NCBI GenBank assembly: GCA_963763775.1 | Contig: CAVXPZ010000004.1 | Coordinates: 320,001-384,000 of the forward strand | DNA: 64,000 bases | Direction: 5' to 3' | Source of the DNA: an uncultured Chloroflexia bacterium | GTDB taxonomy: Bacteria; Chloroflexota; Limnocylindria; Limnocylindrales; CSP1-4 | In this document: piece by piece, positions 19,501-28,334 of the stretch | Layout of the letters: each line of letters opens with the position of its first letter | How positions within the stretch are numbered: position 1 is the stretch's first letter | Made by a program: the position numbers and the translations under genes | The notes under the pieces: generated by a model | What the model was told of the DNA's origin: nothing | Databases searched by the model: none | Seen by the model: the letters and a program-made list of their open reading frames with translations, nothing else

Positions 19501-19608
19501 ACCGGGACCTCGCGGCGAGGCCGCCTTCGGGGAGGTCGTCCGCCGCTTGGGCGCGACCTCGCCGGGCGGCTGCCTGGGCGTTCGCGCGCGCGGGATCTGT
19601 GTGGCCAC
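13510..19608 (-). CDS. Giant cytoplasmic sensor histidine kinase: 7 GAF + 4 PAS + HisKA_3 + HATPase_c
   Basis: Seven GAF units, each ending in an ALA.QAAIAI.NARL-like helix; four SEERYR.LV...PD PAS units; ERAHLARELHDSVTQ; QEALHNVVKHA, DDGRGF, GLAGM. GTG 19608 lies 6 nt below TATCCT (alternative start 19644). Confidence 0.92.
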   Translation of the reverse strand: MATQIPRARTPRQPPGEVAPKRRTTSPKAASPRGPGDPDGGHGDIHDQLVSAVAETARLLEADGAMVYLVDPETGHLRFAHDAGIRSPRSRAWVRSIVLPMGVGIFGRAVAERNVVGTDDYLADPAIEHAEGTDRVVADIGIRSMVAAPLINGGTIYGALGAFSAKPAAFDPPQVALVRALADHAAAAMANARLIDALDHSRVELAKRAEVERSLREIAARISAASDLPAVLQSAVDEAARLLRADGARIDLLDPVSGLLRWAYASGAQRPDDEQWPDDPDETLEQGVAGQAVVHGRATWTGDYLHDQRFPHGLGADTYISGTGIQSVMAAPLIGEAGPFGAVTIYTDRPDAWSDADAALLVAIADQAAITITTTRLIDELDRSRDALGRRAEAEQALREIAARITVMREPDEILQDVVGQAVRLVRGDGAILDLLDPSTGNLHWAFDDGLREIFTDEERRQLWISVGVGATGTAVAEDRVVLAGGDLVDQFPPSPESTEFYERTGFHSMIAAPITGDAGPLGVIEVYSRRRDAFTETDASLIGALASQAAIAITNARLIDELARSREDLAHTADAERTLREIAARVSAMRDKDEILQSVIDASVRLLGATGAMIDMVGDAAMAEVWTAQEAGQRAVASKPLLSEVELQADAGVSGLALTTRRVEWTDDYLADDRFTHTPGRDDFVRAAAIRSVIAAPLIHRDIVIGAITVYGDRVAAFDEADAGLLAALADQAAVAIANANLIDELERSRSEIARRADSERTLREIAARVSAILDPAEVLQRIVEEAARLLDSDGARIDQYDPEIDALRWSYAAGEAMSVVPDWAQSGGLKPGQAVAGRAFAEQQAILTRDYLEDERFDHQPEIDAFIRAMGIRAVMSTPLSAEAGPIGTISVVSRRSGAYDDADLEVLTALATQASIAIRNARLMDELARSRDHLERRAVAEHALREIATRITSIREPIGLLQRIVDEAFRLLRADGAVIDEFDTVEGVLVTAYHAGLTPEQQAAVATSRLHLGEGLAGRAMLERRVIAAGDYLTGDFEHVPASDEMAASTGIGDLIVAPIIGDEGPLGAIEVYSKDAYRFDAIDEAILGGLADQAAIAITNARLIEELERSRLAIERRADTERSLRDITASIAALREPDAILERVVDEAKRLLGTDAAHLTRMSEDGTYLIPVVLQGGADSETEGWLLSMEFPLGGGINGLAAQARVPVATADYLRDTRIPQEPEDVEVAEKLGLRGMAAAPLRAPGGEVIGTLAVSSRTPREFQADELDLLQGLADQAAIAITNSTLLTRLTESEERYRYLVENAPDLVWSIGPDSRLSFLSDAVERMTGRLAEDLLGQHFGVLLHDTSRDVAELDWTMGLAESGQELRGRVNLLGRDGEAVPAEFIATALLDERGQFAGANGSVRDMRERDRLERELRESETRFRQLVQTTPDVIYRCDAQGRFLFVAEGAEALFGWTPAEAADLTFADLTAPESLQEAIANFEEQHEERDVIRRFRYLLRHRDGTVFPGEISSVSVWEDGVFAGVQGTVRGVSEQERLERELRESEERYRFLVENSPDVVFATDPDGQFTFLSEAIEGMTGFSPAELTDRHFSTIVDPASLAVAADRWERLMADPGTQQVAELVLVGREGRRTPVEVHSIGIVGADGRFAGIHGATRDISERERLQRELRSSEERYRYLVSSSPDLVWVTDAGGRLTFVSEAAESMLGMPSSVLIGREYWEVFAEGSRREAEVRFKWLSRHPTSVHRSRLPFRHADGHDVLVEINGIGMVEEDRFVGAHGAARDVGERERLERDLRRQAGELAAGEERAHLARELHDSVTQALFSMTLVSRSVELLLERDVDAAKAQITQLRELQREALAEMRALIFELRPGNLEQDGLSRALKTHTAALQGRIGLPVVVESDLEERLPLPVEEALYRIAQEALHNVVKHATAQQVRVELGRTRAGVRLRVQDDGRGFDPASVPAGHLGLAGMEARAARIGATFTCKSVPGKGTTIEVLVPDATLGAGSEPGARRGPAPTPSIRDR

Positions 19609-19834
19609 GGTCCGAGGATACGACGCCGCCACGAGCGCGGGCATCGCCGTTCGCCGATGCCGTCTACGTCATCCGGCCGAGGCTGACCCCGACGCCCGTC
19701 GGGCGCCCGAGGGGCGCGACCGTCGCCGTCAGATGAGGACGACCGCCCACCGTCCCCGGGGAGCACCGCTTCCACGATGCCGATCACCGGCACCTGCTCG
19801 CCGGACCTTCGAGAGCACAGAGGTCACCAACGAG

Positions 19835-20263
19835 ATGTTCGCCTCCCGAACCACGCTCCGCGCGTCCGACGTCGCGCTCCGCGCCATCATCGTCGTCCTG
19901 GCCCTGTCCACGGGCTACATCCACTCCACGCTCGGCGGTCTGCTGTTCACGCTGAACGCCGTGGGCTACGCGACCTTCGCCGTCGCGATGATCATCCCGC
20001 TCGCGCTCGCCGTCCGGTTCCGCTGGGCCATCCGCCTGGCGCTCATCGGCTACGCCGCCACCACGATCATCGGCTGGGCGATCCAGGGCCCGTACTTCTC
20101 GACCGCGTACGTCGCGAAGGCCATCGAGGTCGCCCTGATCGTCGCTGTCGCCGTCGACTTCGCCCGCATGGACGGCAACCCGGTCGACGTCGTCAAGGGC
20201 GAGCTGGCCGCCTTCGGCTCGTTCGTGGCCAGGGTCCGCGGCACCGCCGCCGCCGGCGCCTAG
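19835..20263 (+). CDS. Small integral membrane protein (about 4 TM)
   Basis: Four hydrophobic helices; TGYIH and KAIEV motifs; ATG at 19835. Confidence 0.8.
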   Translation: MFASRTTLRASDVALRAIIVVLALSTGYIHSTLGGLLFTLNAVGYATFAVAMIIPLALAVRFRWAIRLALIGYAATTIIGWAIQGPYFSTAYVAKAIEVALIVAVAVDFARMDGNPVDVVKGELAAFGSFVARVRGTAAAGA

Positions 20264-20294
20264 TCCCATCACGCTCGATCACCAGGAGTCCGAC

Positions 20295-20696
20295 ATGAAG
20301 CGCCTGACCCTCTCCATCGGCCTGGTCGCCCTGGCCGCCGTGCTCGCCGCCTGCTCGGGCGCGTCGGCCGCTCCTGCGGTGACCGACGCTCCGGCCGCCA
20401 CGACCGATCCCGCCGGTCCCTCCGGCACCACGGTCGCCATCGTCGCCAAGGACATCAAGTTCCAGCAGACCGACGTCGCGGTCGCCGCGGGCCAGCCGGT
20501 CACGATCGACTTCGACAACCAGGACGGGGCGCCGCACAACATCGCGATCTCGGATGCCTCCGGGGCCCAGGTGTTCAAGGGCGACATCGTCGCGGGGTCG
20601 AAGGTCACGTACTCGGTCCCGGCCCTCGCCGCCGGCAGGTACACCTTCGTCTGCGACGTCCATCCCGACATGAAGGGGACGATCACCGCGAAGTGA
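20295..20696 (+). CDS. Cupredoxin-domain (type-1 copper) lipoprotein
   Basis: Lipobox LAAC; PHNI and YTFVCDVHPDMKG supply His/Cys/His/Met ligands; AGGAG RBS. Confidence 0.9.
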   Translation: MKRLTLSIGLVALAAVLAACSGASAAPAVTDAPAATTDPAGPSGTTVAIVAKDIKFQQTDVAVAAGQPVTIDFDNQDGAPHNIAISDASGAQVFKGDIVAGSKVTYSVPALAAGRYTFVCDVHPDMKGTITAK

Positions 20697-20818
20697 TCGC
20701 TCGCCAGCACGCATCCCGAGGTCCCGGTCATCGGCCGGGACCTCGGCGTTTGTCCGGTCGGCGACGGGTCGCCATCATGGTGACTCCCGGCACGCCCGCA
20801 ACGAGGAGCCCACCATCG

Positions 20819-21736
20819 ATGCTTGAAGTCCGCGACCTCGCCAAGCGCTACGGCGCCGTCGTCGCGCTCGACGGCGCGAGCTTCGAGGCGCGGCCGGGCC
20901 GGATCGTCGGCTTCCTCGGCCCCAACGGGGCGGGCAAGACCACCACCATGCGCTGCATCTTCGGGCTCGCCTTCCCCGACCGCGGCGAGGTCCGCTGGAA
21001 GGGGGCGACCGTCGAGCGCACGGCGCGTCTGCGGTTCGGGTACATGCCGGAACAGCGCGGCCTGTACCCGAGGATGCGCGTCGCCGAACAGCTCAGCTAC
21101 TTCGCCCAGCAGCACGGGATGCGCGGCAAGGACGCCGATGCCGCGGCCGCGCGCTGGCTCGACCGGATGGGCCTCGCCGACCGCGCGAAGTCCAAGCTGG
21201 AGGAGTTGTCGCACGGCAACCAGCAGCGCGTGCAGCTCGCCACCGCCCTCGTCCACGACCCGGAGCTGCTCGTGCTCGACGAGCCGTTCTCCGGCCTCGA
21301 CCCCATCGGCATCGCGACGATGACCGAGGTCATCCGCGAACGGGCGTCGGCCGGCGTCGGCGTGGTCTTCTCCAGCCACCAGCTCGACCTGGTGGAGGAC
21401 GTCTGCGAGGACGTCGTGATCATCGCGCGCGGCCGGATCGTGGCCGCGGGCGGGATCGACGAGCTCAAGTCCGCCTCGGGCCGTCAGCATCTCGAGATCG
21501 AGGTCGTCGGCTCGGGCGGCGCGTGGCTCGACGGTCGCGCCGATCTGTCCGTGCTGGAGCGCGACGGCGACTCGGTGAAGCTCCTGGTCGACCGTTCCGT
21601 CGACCTCGACCAGCTCCTGTCCGCGGCACGTGCGGCGGGCGTGGTCCGGCGGTTCGCCTACCAGCCGCCGAGACTGTCCGAACTGTTCATGGAGGCCGTC
21701 GCCCCGACGGCGGCGGGTCAGGAGGCGGAGCGATGA
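20819..21736 (+). CDS. ABC-2 exporter ATP-binding subunit (NatA/YhaQ-like)
   Basis: GPNGAGKT, LSHGNQQ, LDEPFSGLDP; GAGGAG RBS before ATG 20819. Confidence 0.92.
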   Translation: MLEVRDLAKRYGAVVALDGASFEARPGRIVGFLGPNGAGKTTTMRCIFGLAFPDRGEVRWKGATVERTARLRFGYMPEQRGLYPRMRVAEQLSYFAQQHGMRGKDADAAAARWLDRMGLADRAKSKLEELSHGNQQRVQLATALVHDPELLVLDEPFSGLDPIGIATMTEVIRERASAGVGVVFSSHQLDLVEDVCEDVVIIARGRIVAAGGIDELKSASGRQHLEIEVVGSGGAWLDGRADLSVLERDGDSVKLLVDRSVDLDQLLSAARAAGVVRRFAYQPPRLSELFMEAVAPTAAGQEAER

Positions 21737-22929
21737 GCCGATGGCGCAGCGTCTGGCTGGTCGCCAGGCGGGAGATCCTCGAGCGCGGTCGTAGCCGCGG
21801 GTTCATCCTGAGCGTGGCCTTCACGACGCTCATCGTCGTCGGATCGTTCGTCGTCCCGGCCCTCCTGTTCAGCGGGCCGGACGTCGCCAAGGTGGGCGTC
21901 GTCGACCCGCCGCCGACGACCCTCGAGGCGACGATCACCGTCATCGCGAAGGGCGCCGACCGGGCGCTGGTGTTCGTGCCGTTCGCCGACCGGGCCGCCG
22001 CGGAGGCCGCCCTGAAGGCCGGCGATGTCGAGGCGGTCGTCGACGTCCCGGCCGACCTGTCGCGGCCGGGCGAGGTCGTCTACAAGGCGTCGGCCGACGA
22101 CTTCCTCCAGAGCGTCATCGGCGGCGCGGTGGCGTCGTTGCGGACGAACGCCCTGCTCGCGGGGAGCGGCGTGGACCCTGGCGCGCTGGCCGACGCGGCG
22201 GCCCAGCCGAAGGCCATCGAACTGGATCCCCAGACCGACGCCGATCGCGCGCGGTTCCTCGTCGCGAACATCGGCGCCGTGCTCATCCTCGTGGGCATCT
22301 TCTCGTTCGGGTTCACGGTCCTGACCGGCGTCGTCGAGGAGAAGCAGAGCCGTGTCGTCGAGGTCGTCCTATCCACCGTGCGCGCGCGCGACCTCCTCAT
22401 GGGCAAGGTCCTGGGCATCGGCGTCCTGGGCGTCGTGCAGCTGGGGGTGTTCGTGGTCGCGGCGCTGATCGCGGCCCAGCTGACGTCGCGGCTCGTCCTG
22501 CCGAGCACGACGCCCGGCGCGATCGCGCTCCTCGCCGTGTGGTTCATCCTCGGCTACACGCTCTACTCCACCGCTTTGGGCTTCCTGGGGGCGCTCGCGT
22601 CCAGGATGGAGGAGGCCTCCAACGCGTCGACCCCCGTGACGATGATCGCGATGATCAGCTACTTCGTCGCGATCTTCGCGGTCGCGTCCGACCCGAGCGG
22701 CATCGTGGCCACGGTCGCGACGTTCCTCCCGCCGTCGGCGCCGTTCGTGGTGCCGCTCCGGGCGGCGTTCGACGCCATCCCGCCGTGGCAGATCGGGCTC
22801 TCGATCCTCGTGACGATGGCCGCGATCTACCTGCTGTTCGTCATCGGGGCGCGCGTCTACGCCGGGGCGGTGCTCCAGATGGGCGGGCGCATGAAGATCC
22901 GCGACGCGTGGCGGTCGGCCGGCAAGTAG
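21733..22929 (+). CDS. ABC-2 exporter permease (NatB/YhaP-like)
   Basis: VARRE N-terminus; VVEEKQSRVVEVVLS...GKVLG signature; multiple TM segments. Confidence 0.9.
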   Translation: MSRWRSVWLVARREILERGRSRGFILSVAFTTLIVVGSFVVPALLFSGPDVAKVGVVDPPPTTLEATITVIAKGADRALVFVPFADRAAAEAALKAGDVEAVVDVPADLSRPGEVVYKASADDFLQSVIGGAVASLRTNALLAGSGVDPGALADAAAQPKAIELDPQTDADRARFLVANIGAVLILVGIFSFGFTVLTGVVEEKQSRVVEVVLSTVRARDLLMGKVLGIGVLGVVQLGVFVVAALIAAQLTSRLVLPSTTPGAIALLAVWFILGYTLYSTALGFLGALASRMEEASNASTPVTMIAMISYFVAIFAVASDPSGIVATVATFLPPSAPFVVPLRAAFDAIPPWQIGLSILVTMAAIYLLFVIGARVYAGAVLQMGGRMKIRDAWRSAGK

Positions 22930-22947
22930 TCCGGACCGGCTGCGCGG

Positions 22948-23926
22948 TCAGTCGAGCGGCTCGAACAGCCCGGGCGTCCCGCCCGCGTGCCAGAAGACGA
23001 CGGTCTCGCCGTCGATGACCCCGGCCTGCGCCCGCGCGACGAGCGCCGGCGAGGGCCTTGGCCGTGTAGATCGGGTCGACGAGGATGCCCTCGGTCCGGG
23101 CCAGGAGCCGCGCGGCGACGTCGGCGGCGATGGTCGGCCGGCCGTAGCCGTCGCCGAACTGCGAGGCATCGAGCTCGACGGGCATGGCCATGGCGTCGAC
23201 GCCGGCCGTCGCCGCGAGCGCGGCCACGCTGGCCTCGATCTCCGGCCGGATCTCGGCTTCCGAGCGTGCGACGAGTACGCCGGTCACCGCCGTCCCCTGC
23301 CCCGCCACGGCGCTGCCGACGATCAGGCCGGCCTGCGTCCCGCCCGTCGCCGACGGCACGACGATCCGGGACGGCCGGATCCCGGCCGCCACCGCCTGGG
23401 CGGCGAACTCGAGGGCGGCGAGGGCCTGGCCGGTCGCCCCGACGACGCCGCTGCCGCCGGCGCCGATGACGAACGGCCGGTGCCCGGCCTCGCGCAAGCC
23501 GTCGACCACCTCCGCGAGCAGGCTCTCGCGCTGCGAACGGTCGGCCGATTCCGTCTGGTGGACGGTCGCGCCGAGCATCTCGTCGAGCACGATCCCCGGG
23601 TTGGGCGGATCGGTCGCCGGCCCGGACAGGACGAGATGCACGCCCAGGCCAGCCGCCGCCCCGGCCGCGGCCGTGAGCCGGCAGTGGTTCGACCACCTTC
23701 GACCGACGGTCACCAGCGTGTCGGCGTCGTCGGCGAGGGCCGCCCCGACGAGGAACTCGAGATTCCGGAGCTTGTTCCCACCGAAGGCGAGCGGCAGCAG
23801 GTCCTCGCGCTTGGCCCAGACCTCGACCCGCCCGCCCAGGGCGGCGCTGAAGCGCGGCAACGCGTGGAGCGGCGAGGGACCGTCGAACAGGCGGAAACGC
23901 GGCAGGTCCGGCGTCCACGTGGTCAT
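22948..23926 (-). CDS. D-cysteine desulfhydrase / ACC deaminase family PLP enzyme (apparent +1 insertion near 23047)
   Basis: KREDLL..FGGNKLRNLE, SNHCR, DPIYTAKA. The C-terminal VFWHAGG lies in a shifted frame. Confidence 0.88.
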
Positions 23927-23957
23927 CGAGTCGATGGTAGCCCCGTATCATCGGCCG

Positions 23958-24374
23958 ATGGCGACTCGGATCACCCCCGCCGACCGGTTCACGTCCGTCG
24001 GCCAGCACGCCGGGATGGAGCGGTCCATCGCGATCTCGACTCCGCTCGTCGGCAGCGTCCGGCTGTACTCGTCGATCGTGTCGACCGCGCCCGGCGACAA
24101 GACCCGGATCCACCACCATGGGGAGTGCGAGACCTCGATCTACATCCTGTCGGGGCGGGCGCGCTACACGTACGGCCCGACGGGCCTGGAGCACGGCTTC
24201 GACGGCGAGGCGGGCGACTTCATCTACATCCCGGCCGGCGAGATCCACGTCGAGGAGAACGCGTCGAGCACGGAGCCGCTCGTCGTGGTCCTGACGCGGA
24301 ACTGCCCGGATTCGCACGTCGAGTACATGGACGACGGACCGGACGGCTCGCTCGACGTCCCGGCGCCGTGCTGA
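23958..24374 (+). CDS. Cupin-domain protein
   Basis: HHHGECETSIYILSG and GDFIYIPAGEIHVEEN cupin motifs. Confidence 0.9.
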   Translation: MATRITPADRFTSVGQHAGMERSIAISTPLVGSVRLYSSIVSTAPGDKTRIHHHGECETSIYILSGRARYTYGPTGLEHGFDGEAGDFIYIPAGEIHVEENASSTEPLVVVLTRNCPDSHVEYMDDGPDGSLDVPAPC

Positions 24375-24399
24375 GCGGGCGACCGACACCGCCGCGCGC

Positions 24400-25521
24400 G
24401 TGACCGGCTGGCGGGACCGGCCGCTCGCGGACCTGCTCGACGCATCCGGCCTCGCCGGCGTCGCGGAGCAGCCCCTCGCGACCGACGGCTGGTCCGGGGC
24501 GACCTTCACGACGCTCGAGCGCGGCGACGAGCGTTTCGTCCTCAAGCGGGCGTCGCCCGCGACCGACTGGATCGTCCGCGCGACCGACGACCGCGCCATC
24601 CGGGAGGCGTGGCTCGCCGGCCAGGGCCTCCGCGACGAGCCCTGGCTCCGGCCGGCCGCGGCGCCCGTGACCGTCCCGTTCCTCGGCGCCGCCGCCGACC
24701 CGGCCGGGGCCGCCGTCATCCTCATGCCCGACCTCTCGCCCCAGCTGACCGCCTGGGCCCGCGTCGGCGACGGGCCGGTCCTCACCGCCGAGGCCGCCGA
24801 CCGCCTCATCCGGGGCATCGCGGCCCTCCACGCCCTGCCGTGGAGCGAGATCCTGGCGTCCCGGGCCGACCGGGACGGGGCGCCCGCCCCACCGTGGTGT
24901 CCGCTCCCGGAGCGGCTGACCCTCCTCACGCCCCGGTCGGCCGCCGGCTACGCGGCCCACGGCAATCCGGTCGGGGCGCGGTTCCTCGCGGGATGGGATG
25001 GCTTCGGCCGCCACGCGCCCGCCGCGGCACGCGACCTCGTCGAGCGACTCGCCGACGACCCCGGTCCGTTGGTCCGGGCGCTGGCGACCCTCCCCGTGGT
25101 CGGCCTCCACGGCGATGTCAAGCTCGCGAACGTCGCCCGCCACGCCGACGACACGCTCACGTTCATCGATTGGCAGATGACGCTCCGGGCGCCCGTGGCC
25201 GTCGAGCTCGGCTGGTGCATCGTGACCAACAGCGCCGAGCTGCCGGAGCCCCCCGACGCGGTGCTGCATCGCTACCGGGAGGCGATCGGTGCCGTGGCGG
25301 GCGGATGGCAGTTCGGCGGCGAGGTCCGCGGCCTGGACGCCCTCGTGGGCGACTGGGATCTCCAGGTCGATCTCGCGATGATCGTCGGGCTGCTCCTGCG
25401 CGGATGGCGCAAGGGCCTCGACACCGTGGCCGGCGCGACGCTCGGCTCCGGCATCGCGGCCGCGGACGACCTCGCCTGGTGGTGCGAGCGGGCGGTCGAC
25501 GCGGCGGAGCGGCGCCTCTAG
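24400..25521 (+). CDS. Aminoglycoside-phosphotransferase-like small-molecule kinase
   Basis: FVLKR, LMPDL, LHGDVKLANV, FIDWQ motifs. Confidence 0.85.
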   Translation: MTGWRDRPLADLLDASGLAGVAEQPLATDGWSGATFTTLERGDERFVLKRASPATDWIVRATDDRAIREAWLAGQGLRDEPWLRPAAAPVTVPFLGAAADPAGAAVILMPDLSPQLTAWARVGDGPVLTAEAADRLIRGIAALHALPWSEILASRADRDGAPAPPWCPLPERLTLLTPRSAAGYAAHGNPVGARFLAGWDGFGRHAPAAARDLVERLADDPGPLVRALATLPVVGLHGDVKLANVARHADDTLTFIDWQMTLRAPVAVELGWCIVTNSAELPEPPDAVLHRYREAIGAVAGGWQFGGEVRGLDALVGDWDLQVDLAMIVGLLLRGWRKGLDTVAGATLGSGIAAADDLAWWCERAVDAAERRL

Positions 25522-25525
25522 CCCG

Positions 25526-26329
25526 TCAGGAGGGCGCGGCGAGGTCCCGGCGCGGGAAGACGACCAGCGCGGCCGCCACGGCCACGACGATCACCGCGAT
25601 CAGCACGGCGAAGTCGGCCGTGTGCGGCAGGCCGGCGAGGTCGGCCTTCGCGTCGACGTAGTGGAAGAGCGAATACGGCTGCAGCCAGGCGGCCGCGGGC
25701 CACAGCGACCCGATGACCTCGAGGAAGTACGAGACCAGCACGAACGCGAGGCTGATCCCGATCGCCGGGGTCAGGCGATCGGACGCCGATGACGCGAGCA
25801 GGGCGATCGCGCCGAACGCCCAGAACAACAACGAGCCGTTGAACCACAGGATCGGCAGGTTCGCGGCGCCGAGCTCGGCCGTGCGGCCGGTGATGGCGGC
25901 GCCGAGCAGCGCACCGAGTGACAGCGCAGCGATCGTCACGGCCACGAAGGCGGCCGTCGCGAACGCCAGCGTCAGATAGACCCCGCGACGGCTGATCGGT
26001 CGAGAGAGGAGGACTTCGAGCGTCCCGCGCTGTCGCTCGCCGGCGATCGCGCTGGCCGCGAACCCGAGGGCGAAGACCAGGTTGAGCCCCACCGCGATGG
26101 GGTGGACGAAACCGACGGCGACCGAGCCCGCGAGGCTGAAGATGTCGCCACCGCCGAACTGGGCGAATTGGGGTGGGAGCGCACCGCTGTCGAACAGGTC
26201 CTGGAACTGCGACCCGAAGGCGTCGAACACGATGGGGAGCACCGCGCCCCAGGCGAGGAGCGCACCCGACACGACGAGCAGGCGCCAGCGGTTGGCGCGC
26301 CAGGTGTGGGCGAGGAGGGCGCGGTTCAT
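25526..26329 (-). CDS. ABC-2 transporter permease
   Basis: IAGERQRGTLEVLLSRPISR; about 6 TM; C-terminal FPRRDL. Confidence 0.88.
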   Translation of the reverse strand: MNRALLAHTWRANRWRLLVVSGALLAWGAVLPIVFDAFGSQFQDLFDSGALPPQFAQFGGGDIFSLAGSVAVGFVHPIAVGLNLVFALGFAASAIAGERQRGTLEVLLSRPISRRGVYLTLAFATAAFVAVTIAALSLGALLGAAITGRTAELGAANLPILWFNGSLLFWAFGAIALLASSASDRLTPAIGISLAFVLVSYFLEVIGSLWPAAAWLQPYSLFHYVDAKADLAGLPHTADFAVLIAVIVVAVAAALVVFPRRDLAAPS

Positions 26330-27288
26330 GCCACCGCCCCGGTGCCGGCGCCTGTGCCGGCCGTGTCGCCAGGGCCGCTCGCGGCCGGTGACGGGTCGTC
26401 GGTCTCGTAGAACTCGAGGAACGCCTCCTCGAGGCGAGCCGGCTCGATGGTCATGTCCGTGATCGGCGCGCCGGCGATCGCCGCGAGGAACGGGCCGACA
26501 TCGCCCTCGAGGCGGCAGGTGAGCCGCCCGTCCGCGACCCGCACGTCGGAGACGCCCGCGACCCCGTCGAGAGCCGGCGCCGGCCCGGTCAGACGCAGCT
26601 CGACGTTCCGCTTGCGCCGGGCGAGCAGGGCCGGGATCTCTTCGAGGGCCACGAGACGCCCGGCGCGGACGATGGCGACGCGGTCGCAGACTCGCTCCAC
26701 CTCCGAGAGGATGTGGGACGAGAAGAAGACCGTCCGACCGGTCGCGCGCAACTCGTCGAGATACTCGTAGAAGGCTCGCTGCATCAGCGGGTCCAGGCCC
26801 TCGGTGGGCTCGTCGAGGATCGCGAGCTCCGGGTCGTGCTGGAGGGCCTGGACGATCCCGACCTTCTGGCGCATCCCGCGCGAGTAGTCGCGTACGGGTC
26901 GGCGCAGCGTGGCCGCCGACAGCTCGAGGCGCTCGGTCAGCTCCGCGCGCCGGACCGGCGGACGGCCCGAGAGTCGGGCCAGCTCGTCCAGCAGGCGCTC
27001 GCCGGTCAGGCCGTCCCAGAACGCGATGCCGCCGGGCAGGTAGCCGACCTGGCGGCGGATGGCCACGGAGTCGCGGACGATGTCGCGGCCGAGGACCGTC
27101 GCGCTGCCCGTCGTCGCGTGGAGGAAGCCCAGCAGCAGACGGATCGTGGTGCTCTTCCCGGCCCCGTTCGGCCCGAGGAAGCCGAAGATCTCGCCCTCCT
27201 GGACATCGATCGAGAGGTCACTCAGCGCAAGGGTCTCTCCCGAGCGCCCGTACCGCTTGCCCAGACCCCGCGTCTCGATGACCGCCAT
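26326..27288 (-). CDS. ABC transporter ATP-binding subunit
   Basis: GPNGAGKST, YSRGMRQK, LDEPTEGLDP, SSH. Confidence 0.92.
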   Translation of the reverse strand: MAVIETRGLGKRYGRSGETLALSDLSIDVQEGEIFGFLGPNGAGKSTTIRLLLGFLHATTGSATVLGRDIVRDSVAIRRQVGYLPGGIAFWDGLTGERLLDELARLSGRPPVRRAELTERLELSAATLRRPVRDYSRGMRQKVGIVQALQHDPELAILDEPTEGLDPLMQRAFYEYLDELRATGRTVFFSSHILSEVERVCDRVAIVRAGRLVALEEIPALLARRKRNVELRLTGPAPALDGVAGVSDVRVADGRLTCRLEGDVGPFLAAIAGAPITDMTIEPARLEEAFLEFYETDDPSPAASGPGDTAGTGAGTGAVA

Positions 27289-27325
27289 GAGGCACAGTAT
27301 CGGGGTATCGCAGCAGGAGAGACCG

Positions 27326-27706
27326 ATGCCCAAGACCGTGCCCCAGGGACCAGGGATCGAGGCGAGTGCCCTGCCGTTCAGCCAGGTCGTGGAGGCGAAC
27401 GGGTTCGTCTTCCTCGCCGGTCAGGTCGGCGGTGCCCCCGGCGGCAGCGGTGCCGTGCCGGGCGGCATCGAGGCCGAGACGCGCCAGATGCTCGACAACG
27501 TCGGCCGCCTGCTTGCGGCCGTCGGCCTCGGCTTCGGCGACGTCGTCAAGGCCACCGTCTACCTGCTCGACTTCAGCGAGTTCGCCGCGATGAACGCCGT
27601 CTACCGCGAGTACTTCCCGACCTTGCCGCCCACCCGTGCCACGGTCGGCGTGACGGCGCTCGCGGCCGACTACCGCGTCGAGATCGAGGTCATCGCCGCC
27701 CGCTGA
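27326..27706 (+). CDS. ridA: RidA/YjgF family enamine-imine deaminase
   Basis: FSQ...FLAGQ, VVKATVYL, FAAMNAVY, PTRA (catalytic Arg), VEIEVIA; AGGAG RBS. Confidence 0.88.
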   Translation: MPKTVPQGPGIEASALPFSQVVEANGFVFLAGQVGGAPGGSGAVPGGIEAETRQMLDNVGRLLAAVGLGFGDVVKATVYLLDFSEFAAMNAVYREYFPTLPPTRATVGVTALAADYRVEIEVIAAR

Positions 27707-27709
27707 CCG

Positions 27710-28237
27710 TCACCCGCTGACGGCGAGTCCACCGAGGAAGGCCGCGACCCGGTCCAGCACGTCACCGAGCACCGGCTTCAGGGTGTGCCCGAGCCGCGGG
27801 TAGGTCACGAGCTCCCCGTGCGCGAGGCGTGGGACCGCGGCGCGCAGCAGGTCGATCCGCGCGAACGGGTCCGACTCGCCCGACAGCAGCAGGACGGGGC
27901 ACCGGATGGCCGGCCAGTGGGCGATCCGGGCGTCGGTCCGCTCCGGGGCGCCGGGCGGGTGGAGGGGATAGCTGAAGCACACGAGGGCCGCGTACGGGGC
28001 GCCTTCCGCGGCCGCGGCGAGGCTGGCCACGCGGCCGCCGAAGGAGTGCCCGCCGACGACGACGTCCGCGGCGGTGGGCACGGCCAGATGGAAGGCGGGC
28101 AGCGCGTCCTCGGCCTTGCGCCGAGGCAGGTCGATGGCCGTCGCCACGAGACCGCGAGCCCGCAGGCCGTCGACGAACGGCGCCATGCTCGCGGCCGTCC
28201 CGCTCGCTCCGTGGCCCAGGAAGATGCGCATGCCCAT
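27710..28237 (-). CDS. Alpha/beta-fold hydrolase
   Basis: GHGA, GGHSFGGR nucleophile elbow, SYPLHPPG, GESDPF, GH. Confidence 0.85.
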   Translation of the reverse strand: MGMRIFLGHGASGTAASMAPFVDGLRARGLVATAIDLPRRKAEDALPAFHLAVPTAADVVVGGHSFGGRVASLAAAAEGAPYAALVCFSYPLHPPGAPERTDARIAHWPAIRCPVLLLSGESDPFARIDLLRAAVPRLAHGELVTYPRLGHTLKPVLGDVLDRVAAFLGGLAVSG

Positions 28238-28334
28238 GCCGACAGGGTAGCCTTGTCGTCGGTCACCCGGGGTAGGACGTCATGGTCCCGTCGGGTCATG
28301 GTCGTCCCCAGGCCGCCGGGTCATCCTCCGGGTC

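Noticed and set aside
13505-19686. Very long alternative-frame and antisense ORFs (13505-18784 minus, 17026-19686 plus, and many others in the ORF track)
   Set aside because: These are Arg/Gly/Pro-rich shadow ORFs expected in very GC-rich DNA, overlapping well-supported genes and showing no motifs.
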